NCBI GenBank assembly: GCA_951406725.2 | Contig: OX597839.1 | Span: forward strand, 36,456,001-36,520,000 | Direction of reading: 5' to 3' | DNA length: 64,000 nucleotides | DNA from: Octopus vulgaris | Taxonomy: Eukaryota | In this document: in pieces, positions 1 through 11,200 of the stretch | Layout of the letters: the number at the start of each line of letters is the position of its first letter | Numbering within the stretch: position 1 is the first letter of the stretch | Translations under genes and position numbers: made by a program | The notes under the pieces: generated by a model | Seen by the model: only the letters and a program-made list of their open reading frames with translations | Databases searched by the model: none | Told to the model about the DNA's origin: nothing

Positions 1-97
1 TTCCCAAGCAATCACCCATCTTAGTACTAACTAGGCTTGATGTTACTTAACTTCAGTACTGGACAAGAACCAGTGTTTTCAACAGGATATGGCTGTG
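1..97 (-). pseudogene. Decayed 5S rRNA copy (pseudogene or 5S-derived SINE head), cut by the window edge
   Basis: Minus strand reads ACAGCCATATCCTGTTGAAAACACTGGTTCTTGTCCAGTACTGAAGTTAAGTAACATCAAGCCTAGTTAGTACTAAGATGGGTGATTGCTTGGGAA, colinear with metazoan 5S rRNA but with many CpG-type changes. Confidence 0.85.
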
Positions 98-411
98 TGT
101 GCAAATTATACATACAATGTATATATTATATATATTTTCATGTATATACAAGGTTACTGTATTTTTAAAACAAAGCGAAAGAAAAAGTACTCATGAGAGG
201 AACATGTGAGGAGTATCTTGTCTGTTCCAACATCAGTACTCCTTGTATTAGCAGGAGTAACTTTGCTTCAAAAATACAATTGTATGTTAACCTATATTAA
301 TAATAAATATTATTAACTATTTAAAATAAGCATTTAACAATATGTTTGAATTAAAGTCTAATAAATATGATTCTATAAAGAGTGTAAGCACTTTCACTGA
401 TGGTATATATA

Positions 412-707
412 TATTGTTTGTTCCTTCTTGAGCCATGCTTAGCTCATAAGGGCCGGTTTCCTTGGCGTATAGGTTCCCCACCTGGACAGGACGCCGGTCC
501 GTCGCAGGTGAGCTGCAAGATGCAGGAGGAAAGAGTGAGAGACAGTTGTGGCCAAAGAGTCAGCAGAAGTTTGCCATTACCTTCTGCCGGAGCCGCATGG
601 AGCTTAAGTGTTTCACTCAAACACACACATTGCCTGGTCTGAGATTTGAACCCGTGACCCCTCGACCGCGAGTCTGCTGCTCTAACCACCAGGCCATGTG
701 ACTCCAT
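412..707 (-). mobile_element. tRNA-headed SINE, family C
   Basis: A box TGGCCTGGTGGTTAG and B box GGGTTCAAATC; homologous copies at 18155-18313 and 31295-31572. Confidence 0.75.
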
Positions 708-1397
708 AATGATATATATATATATAAATACATACACACACACATGTATATAGCCTCAGGTGTAAAGAAGATGTTGGTTCACAAAGTATAAATAGGTTTT
801 TATCAAAACTAAAATCTTGCCATATTTAATGTTTGAGCCAGATATGAATGGCTCACAAGTCAGATGTTACAGTGCACATTGAAAAATAGGGGCTGTTTTA
901 GCTTAATTCTAAACTGGGAGATACAAAATTTCTGTAATAATGGCTCTTCATTAAATTAGAAGACAGAATGGTTCCTTGCTGAACTGATACACAAAATAAG
1001 ATCCGTAGCAGTGGTCCCTTGTGAAATTGGCAAACAGAAAGGTCTTCTCTCACTAATCTAGTTGGTAAATACAAAGGGTTGTGAAAGTGGCCCTTGAATA
1101 CATTGACAGGTAGAAAAATCTAGGAGATACTAAATGTTGTGCGACAACAGTCTCGTTTAGTTAATGGGTCCACAGTAGGGTCTGTGAGAGTCATCTAGCT
1201 CTCTGTAGAAAGCGTGATGCTGTATGGTTAACTGGTAGGCATTCATATAGGGTCTGTGATGCCTGGAGTTATGTAACAAAAGCATGTTGCCTGCAAGTGT
1301 AGCATCAGTGATGTTAATAGTTGCTCCGAATGTCATTGCTTTGTATACAAGTGTTGGCATGTTCAATGTATTGTCGATAGAGCAAATGTTGTACAGT

Positions 1398-1467
1398 TGG
1401 TATTATTATTGGTATTATTATTGGTATTATTATTGGTATTATTATTGGTATTATTATTATTATTATA
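1398..1467. repeat. 12-bp tandem repeat (TGGTATTATTAT)n in the presumed 3' UTR
   Basis: About 5 units visible directly. Confidence 0.9.
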
Positions 1468-1752
1468 GTTTCTGTGATGCATTTAATTATTCCACAGAAG
1501 CAAGCTAACTGCAAATGCAGCATCGGTGATGCTCTGGGTCGCACTCAGTTGCACAAATTGGTGTTGGTATGTTGTTGTGTTGAAGTGAAATTAAACAATG
1601 TCCACTCGGAGAAAGCATTGTAGAGACCAGAGAAGACCAGTGAGACAGGGACCGCTGTTGTCAAAAGGATACAGAGAAAATAAATGGACAAGAACTCATA
1701 CTGTCTACATAGAACAAGGGACGGAGGGGGGTTCGGGTGGGGGGGTCAGGGG

Positions 1753-1907
1753 CTACTGTTGTCTGCACGTTCCATTTTTACTAGTTGGCTTCTTTAGTTT
1801 CTTGTTTCGGTCAATAGTTGCAGCTCTCCGTTGCCCTGGCACTGGCTGAATCTGCTGACCGGTGCCGGTCATTCCATCATTTAAATCATCATCATTTACA
1901 GGTTCTT
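1753..1907 (-). CDS. CCDC50: CCDC50-like terminal coding exon: (E)[50 protein letters not shown]
   Basis: Poly-T tract plus cattccacag acceptor; phase 1; TAG stop at 1755-1753. Confidence 0.85.
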
Positions 1908-3737
1908 CTGTGGAATGAAAAAAAAAAAAAACAAATTAAAAATAGAGCAAAATATAATTGAAATATCTGTTAAAAACTTGTTAATTTAAGATTTTTATCT
2001 TTTCAAAAATCTGTGTCACATTAGTACTGCATGTCATCATCATCATCATCATCGTTTAACGTCCGTTTTCTGTGCTAGCATGGGTTGGACGGTTTGACTG
2101 GGGTCTGGGAAGCCAGGAAGTTGCACCAGGCTCCAGTCTGATCTGGCACAGCCTCCTGGCTTCCCAGACCCCGGTCGAACCGTCCAACCCGTATGTGTGA
2201 GTGTATATATGTATGTATGTATGGGCTGTGCGAGTGTATATGGGTGTGAGTATAACTGCGCATGTGTGTAGTGTGTGTGTATACAGTGTGGATGTGTATG
2301 TACATACTGTGTGAGATGATGTGTTTCACATGTGTCTAAATACAAGTTGTAACATATATATACATACAAAATGTTTAACTTACGTATGCATGTATAAGTA
2401 TACACACACACGCACACTGAACTATGAGTATACACACAATATCTAAGGCAACATTAATTATAATAGTCCAGGTATGACACCATTTTTAGATATTTCAAAA
2501 TGTCTGTATTTCTATTCAAGAAGAAAATATTCTATAAACATCGATTAATCCCAGAGAATTCAGTAAAAGTAAAAATGGTGTGTTTTGATGGCACCACTTT
2601 TAGGAATGGTTGGTTCCACTCTGAGATACATTTAAGAATACTTGCAAAGTTGAAGTAGTATTACAAAGACAGGAATGGTAAAGGGAGATTTTTATGTTTC
2701 CCAAAGTCCAACCTTGCACCACAAGGTCCAGCTCTTGTTGAGGCATGGAGGATTGTGTACCTCAATGACCCTGGCAGTTATGCTAGCAGGCCACAAGCTA
2801 CTGGCAAGGGCTCCCATGCTGGACAGGTCAAAGGATAGAGACTAGATTAATATGGACCGTTTCTTCTCACAAGTATAAAAAAAAACCCCAGAGGTCTCAA
2901 TAACAATGCAAACCTAACAAAACCTGGGAGAGAGGACCTTCCCTCAGGGCCACAAGGACCCATAAGGGAGGTGGAAAGGAAGATGCTCTATATGGAAGCA
3001 GAGCTGAAAAATCAGAGATCCGACAGGAGAGATGTAGAAATGACAGCCCAGGGATGAAAATAGAGAAGAGAGGTTGTCAATGGCCTCTGCTCCATTGGGG
3101 TGTGAAGTGGTTCTCTAAATCCAGCCTTAGTCATAGTTACCAACAGAAGATTGATTTTACAGAGAAATCAAAAGACAAAGCTCTTGGAAGATGATTCAAG
3201 GAAGAAGTATGATGTCATTTATCTTAGCAGCATCTCAGCCACTACATCACATAATTTGAAGTTATTTAACATTTGAAAAGTTTTGAACAATAATATATGA
3301 AAATGGCATTTGAAAAAATTATTATTATTTGCTGAAACAAGAAAATTGTTTATGAGGGGAAAATAAAAATAAGAAAATTCATTAGAGAAGAGAAAATCTT
3401 GGAATAAAAAAAACGGTTAATTTAAGTCAGTTCAGATTTAATTAAAATGTTTAAGTTATTAGAATATCAAGCAAACAATGTAGAAGAGACTAGAAACAAA
3501 AGTATAGCAAGAGAGAGAAAGCACAGATACATAGAAAGAGATATAGATAGAAAGATTATATATATATATATATGAGAGAGAGAAAGAGAGATACACACAC
3601 AACTAAGAAATAGTGAGATTTATAGAGAAATATTGGAAGAGATAAATTTTTTTTAGATATTTAAATTTACAAAGAGAAGAAAAATTATACTCCTTTGATG
3701 TCATTATTCTGTCCAATCATAGATTAATATTAAATTA

Positions 3738-3792
<55 letters not shown>

Positions 3793-5105
3793 TTATTTAT
3801 GAATGTAAAGGAAATCAATCACATGAAACTGAGCACTGACAAAATGAAATCTCAACACTATAGACAAAATGCTCATTATTTTATATATATATATATATAT
3901 ATTATTCGTTTATTGTTGACTGTTGGAAGACAGCAGAGTACTCAATAACATAGAGGAGATTAATAATATTTTTGGGGAGTTGAGTCAGTTTCTTGCTGGT
4001 CTGAGTTTCACTTGAAAGTGCAGAGGATTTCCAGGGCAGCAAGAGACCAACTCAACTAAAACACATCCACGTAATATATGTAGGAGACGGAGAGAAAGAG
4101 ATAGGGCAAGATAAAAAAAGGATAAATAGAGAAATAGAGTACAATGCAACACAGGTACAGCAAAACCCACAAACAACACCAAAAAAAGTCAAACAATTAA
4201 AATAGGAAAAAAAAAAAGGTACACAATTAAAGCAAGAGGAGGAGGAGGAGGAGGAAGGAAGGATGGTCTGTTAGCAATGTGTTATATATATAAGAGTAGA
4301 TACACAGGTGGACATAGGTAGTATGTTGGTACAACAGGTAAGCAGGTGTTGTGAAAGAGACACAGAATCAGGTGTTTGTCTGCAAGGTAGGTAGGCAGGT
4401 AGACGAACACAATCAGTAGATAGGTAATACAATCTGAGATTAATGTTTTGAACCAAAGCCACCCTTGCGAACATTTGAATATAGGATTAGCTAAAAGAAA
4501 AAAAAAAAAAAAAGGTTGGCAAGGAGGGGGAAACAGCTCTGGATATTCCTGTAGAAGTTGGAAATCAAAAGTGTAAGGTTGTGTGGTGTGTGTGATGGTG
4601 ATGATGAGGACGATGATGATGATGGCAATTTACAAACGCATTATGTTATAGCCCTAGGCCAACCAAAACTTTTGAGTGCATCTGGGAGATAGAAACTGAA
4701 AGAAGCCTATTATACATACATGTACGTGTGTGCGTGTATGTATATATATATATATAAACAATTCATAAATGAGAGCAAAGGAAAAAATTCCTAATGCCAA
4801 ATATGCCGAGAAATTGGACATATTGTCCTCATTTATGAATTGTTTATAAATTTAACCGTTAAAGGTATTTTTTAATATGCTGGCCATTGATAAAATTTTT
4901 TTCGAGAAAATATTTTTTTTCGAAAAGAATTTTATCCTCACATTTGATATATATATATATCTGTATGTGTACACACATTTGTGCATGTGTACATGATTGT
5001 GTGTATGTGTGTGTGTGTGTGTGTTGGTGGGTATAAAATTGCAGATGGATGAAAATGTGAATACGGAAGGTTAAAAATGTCCAGAAGAGACAAAGATGTG
5101 GAGAG

Positions 5106-5141
<36 letters not shown>

Positions 5142-8100
5142 AGAGAAAGACGGTTGCAGTGGTAGAAGAAGCAAAAGTTAGAATTTTACTATAAAACACA
5201 AAAATTTAAAGCAAGGGAAGAGGGGTGGGGGCGGGGTGGGAGGTAGAAATTGGTTTGAAGGTGAATGAAAAGGGAACAAGAGAAAGAGTTAACTGCAACA
5301 ACAGTGGCGGCGGGTGGGTGGAGGGGGAGGAGATTTAAAAGCAAACAAGAAAAAAAAGACAATGAAGCAAGAAAGAGTGAGTGATGGCGGGAGGAGGAGG
5401 AGGAGAATGGAGGAAGGTGGTGGAAGAATACCTTCAGTGGTTCCACCATGTAAAGTTGCTATATGCTTCCAGTGTGCCACTTTTGGCCGGCGTAAGCTAC
5501 CTCGGAGTCCAGGATCCCACTCCAGATCTGTATCTGATTGGATCAATCATATAAGGTAACAGAAAAACATTAGTTGCAATCACATGGTCAAGAGAATGAC
5601 GATAAACAACAACAACAACAATTCATTTTTTCTTTTATTTAACGGTGGAACTTGAAGTAGATAAAGCTACAAATGTAGAATATTGGGTTGAAAGAAATTC
5701 CGTTGGATATAAAGAGCTGAAGGCTGCCTGTGGGACACAAACCCATATCTTAGTCAACACGACAGACAGTCTAGCTTTGACATTTGCTATTCACAGGGAT
5801 TTTTTAAAGCCAAATTTTTAATGGTATAATTTATAGCTTCACCTGTTTTGAGTTTGACCCATCAAAGGAATTATTTCACATTCTCTTGAAGTATTTAAGT
5901 TCTTGTAACACATGAATATATATTTCGTTTTTAACTGTTGAACTTAACTATGAATTATAGTGGGTAAATGCAGGGTTGAAAAACCTTTTGGGTAGAATAA
6001 AGCAAAGGCTGCCTGTGGGATGTGAACCCACATCTTCATTCTACCATTGGACCAAAGTAATCCTTCAAATTTTTTCATCCATTTCAGAAGCTTTATTGTT
6101 CCCAGTGAGAAATCTATGTTGCTGACGTCATAAGAATTTAGAAACTTTAAGGCCCTCATGCTTTCCGAAATCCACCGAAACTACCCCCTGATTGTCCCCC
6201 TTCCATACTCATACACATATGTGTATGTCATGACTCATGCACTGTTCTTTTCCTGACGCTTGTACATTACCCTATGTACTATACATACACTTTAGATGAG
6301 TTGTAGTGCACCTGAGCACTGTACACAATGTTTTATTATTATTATTATTAGAACATGAAATAATTCAAGTTTAACTGTGGAACTTTAAGTTTAAATAACA
6401 ACTTGCAAACATTGGTCTAAAAATCCCTTTAGATGGAAAATAGTTGAAGGCTTTTTAACCCAATATCTACATGCTTTAATTTATAGCTTCAATCTTCACT
6501 ATCAAAAACCAATTATTTCACATCTCTTGAAGTTTCTAAATTACTACGACTTAAATAACAATACCCCACCCCCTCTCCCCATGATGATGGTAGCAACAAT
6601 CTGAATATTTTCTGATTTCCAATAACAATGATTCCCACCGTAAGTATAAAGCCACTCACAATGTGGTGTGGTGTAAGGAGGAAGTGATCGGTTATATCAT
6701 CAACCCCAGTACACAACTGGTACTCTATTTTATCGACCCTCCCTAGAAGAATAAATGGCAGAGTTGACCTCAGCAGAAATAGATAACAGGACCCAGGTGT
6801 TACTACTATTACAGACAGTCTTTTGTGATGAGGTAACACACAAATTATTTATTATAATCTAATAATAATAATAATCCTTTCTGTTACAGACACAAGGCCT
6901 GAAATTTTGGGGAGAGAGGGCTAATTGATTGTATGAGACCCAGGGTTCAACTGACACTCATTCTATCAACTGCAAAAGGATGATAGTCAAACTCGACCTT
7001 GGTGGAATTTGAATTCCAAAACAGAGATGGATGCCTTTCATCTTTTTGGGGGTTAATTAAGTACCAGTTGAATACTGGGGTCGATGTAATTGACTAGCCC
7101 CTTCCCTTATGGGGACTGCTGGGCTTGAGTCAGAATTTGAAACCATGTCTGTCTTTTTTGAGTTCAAATTCTGCTGAGGCCAGCTCTGCCTTTCATCCTT
7201 TTGGAGTCAATATAATCCAGTCACTCCTCTTCCCAAATTTCAGGTGTTGTACCTATTATAGAAAGGATTATTATTATTATAAGAGCAGTGATCTGGCAGA
7301 ATCGTCAGCACACCAGAGAAAATGCTTAGCAGAATTTCGTTCATTTTTACGTTCTGAGTTCAAATTCCAGCAAGGCCAACGTTGCCTTCCATTTCTTGGG
7401 GTTGATAAAATAAGTACCAGTTGAGTACTGGGTTCGTTGCAATCAATTAGTCCCTCAGCCGCACCCCAACTCATCAAAACAAAATTTCAGGATTCCTACC
7501 TATTGCAGAAAAGATTATTACTAAAAGCCCAGTCCTGCAATGAAATCATTACAGATTCGTTACACGACAGAAATAGAGGAAAATGCTAGAGTTTTTTCCC
7601 TTACATGATTCTCAACCATTTTTACACCTATGGACCCTTTGATACCAATTTTAACTGGGCAGAGGGACCCTCGTAACTATGTGAGGTCTTTAAAAATTCT
7701 ATTATACTTTTATAATTAAATATTAAGAATTGCATTAAAAAAAATAATAAAGATATTTTGTGTATTGAAGAAGTATGAGCAATTTATTGCATATAAATTT
7801 TAACAAAATCTTATATGGACCCCAGTTGAGAACCATTGCTGTTGAAGAAAAGGTTATTTTTATTTCTTAAAAAGCTCAGTCACTTAAAGAAATCAATCCC
7901 TACAGAAATAGGAGAGTTTTCTTCCTTAGAGGGTTGTTCACTACCTTCGAAACGTTTTTTGCAATGTGCATTTCTGAGCTGAGCTGACCGATGCAATCTT
8001 GAGTGATATTGTTAAACACAGAGGAAGTTAACAGCTACACCGAAAGAAATTTAGGCAGTAACTACTGGTGTGTGACTTAAACGACTAATTTTCTGAAAAA

Positions 8101-8231
8101 CAAACATATTTCTTATAAAAATTTTCAACAGGTGTGGCTCCGTGGTAGGTAGTTTGATTCCCAACCACATGGTTCCAGGTTCAGTCTCACTACATGGAAA
8201 GTGTCTACTACTGCGGTTAATTATTAACTAT

Positions 8232-8265
<34 letters not shown>

Positions 8266-11200
8266 ACTTATAAACAAGGGCAAAAGAAAAAATTCTAATG
8301 CCAAATATAGACTTATTCTTCAATAACCATATAATCTATCACTATAAGCACGCGTCTCGAAAGCAAGCAGACAGAAATTTCTGCCAGCTTTCTTCGAGAC
8401 GCGTGCTTATAGTGATTAATTAATGGTTATTGACGAACAAGTCTATATTTCGGCATATTTGGCATTAGAATTTTTTCTTTTGCTCTTGTTTATAAGTTGT
8501 TTATGAAATTTAACCTTTAAAGGTATTTTTTAATATGCTGGCCATTGATAAAAATTTTTTCGAAAATTTTTATCCTATATTAGATATATATATATATATA
8601 TATATATTTAGAGAGCAGAACATCAAAAACCTTTGACGAAGAAGTTTTTGTATAATGTGTATTTTGTGTGCAAACACCGTCGTCGTTCAATGAAAGCACT
8701 TACACACAAAACACACACATTATACAAAGACTTCTTCCCCAAATGCTTGTGCCATTCTGTTTCCTAAATAATTAATAACTTTAAAAAATAATCTTTCTTT
8801 AAATATTATGATTATTAAGTATTTTGTACAAAAACTTAAACATTCATATAAATGCAAGGGCTGAATTCTAGTTTAATCACCCCAGTTTTTGGAATATTTT
8901 GGAATATTCAGCAAAGTTTTGGAAATTTGTGCTCTACACACAGGAATTCATGATTATGAAAGAAAAAAAAAGTTTGTGATTTAAGGGTGATTTAGCACAT
9001 CTCACAACCACCTGATACCTTCCTTGTTTCTTTGTCACACTGACACGTATTGATGGGAGTCTGCTACGATATAGACCATGATGGGAGTTTGCTATGATCT
9101 AGACGATGATAGAGGTCTATTATGATGAAAATTAATGGTAGTTGTTACAGATTATGGTTGTCAGCTATGATCTAGAAAATGATGGTGATTTATGATATAG
9201 ACTATGATGATGGCTGTTATAACATAGATTATGATGGTGGTCTGTCATGACATAGATTATGATGGTGGTCTGTTATGATCTAGAATTATGGTTTCCAAAC
9301 TTTTTTGGGCTGCCGTCCTTCGGGCACCCAGATCACATTCCTAACACCCACTCACCACCACAAACACAGACCACTCCCTGCATCAAATTCAAAACGACTC
9401 TATTTCACAAATAGAACTCAACCATTATTTTGTTGTTTTTACACCCATCACCCTCTTTTGGCCAAACCCACTTTTTTTCAGTGCGTTCCTTGGATCTTCG
9501 GTCTTCATATTCTGAATTCAAATTTCACAAAGGTCTTTCATCTTCTTGGGGTCGATAAAATAAATATCAGTTGAGCACAGAGCTCAATGTAATCGACTCA
9601 TCCCACCCCCAAAAATTGCTGGCCTTGTGCCAAAAGTTAAAATCAATGTAGATATACTATGTAAAGCAAGAGGATATATCATGAGAATTAGTCTATGTGA
9701 AGCTAGATTACATATGATGTGAATGTGGAAGGTGCAGAGTTTCCAGAGTGACCATCACCAAAGAGAATCAATACAAAGATTAAGTTACAAGATGTGTTCG
9801 AAAGATTTTTTGATACCACCAATGTTGGTATATGTGCTTTTTTTCAAGCCAGATGATAAACTATGTGAAACAAGTTGATATACTATGTGAATATAGATAT
9901 AATATATGCAGATAGATGATATACTATACAATTGTAGAGGGTCCAGAGTTTTCAGAGTGACCATCACCAGAGAGAATACATAAAAAAAGGTTATAAAAGG
10001 TGTTTATTGAAAGATCTGTTTTGACACTGCTAACCCTAATTTGGAAACTCGTTATACGTCATGGATCAATTATAATTGGTCGTTTGTAAGCAGAAAAATA
10101 AACTAGAAGACAAGCTAATTGAATGCAGTGACAATCAGATACAGGAAGAGTCTGATTGACAGATGTGGTTTGGCTAAAAGAATCAGTTGCAAAAGGATGA
10201 AGCGGTGGATTATTTCAGTTTTTTTTTTTTTTTTTTTGTAGGTTAAATCCACCCACCTGCCCACAGGTAAACTAGCAGTGGTACTCACCTGCATGTAAAG
10301 GTAGTGAACGAGACAACATTAGAGAGATTTTGGGTTCTGTTTCATCGGCAGCGTGAATTTCGTGTTGCCTTCGCTTGTAGGTGGGATCAATGGCTGTTGC
10401 AATATTGTATGAGCAAGAGATAGGATTGCTAGCAGGATATCTACATGGTGTCTGATCATGACTTCCACTACTGAGAGAGAGAGGAGAGAAAAAGCAACAC
10501 AGTAACAACAATGCTGGTGTCAATGAAGCTATGAAGGAACTCTACAATTAGAGTGTAGCAATGGCTGTGTGGACAGGATACCTACTTACATCTGGCAGCT
10601 TGCATTACACACACACACACGTCCTGCTGTTTGCATTACACACACACGTCCAGCTGCTTGCGTGGCACACACATCCGGCTGCTTGTGTGACACACGTCCA
10701 GCTGCTTGCGTGACACACACGTCCGGCTGCTTGCATTACACACACATCTTGCTGCTTGCGTTACACACACATCTTGCTGCTTGCGTTACACACACATCTG
10801 CCAGCTTGCGTTACATACATCTGGTAACTATATTACATAGTGATCTGTATTATAAGGCAGCAGGCTAGAGGGCTGTCAAGATGTATAATTTTGCCTATGT
10901 ATGTATGTGTGGCAGCTATGTGGACACACACATTATATATATATATATAAGTTTAATGGACAATGTGTCCCACATCACTGTAGTATAACAAGTATGTAGT
11001 GTGTTAAGAAGTGTATATGTGTAAGAGCATCTTCACTGAGAAATAATTAGAAAAAACATTTAAATGCAATAAGTAGAATCAGGAAAGTAAAAAATATTTT
11101 GCAGAACAGCAAAATTATGACTTGAATAAAGACAGGACATCATTGTGTGTGCAACATGAGGTCATCAAAATTTGTGTACACTGAGGCCCTCATGTACAAT

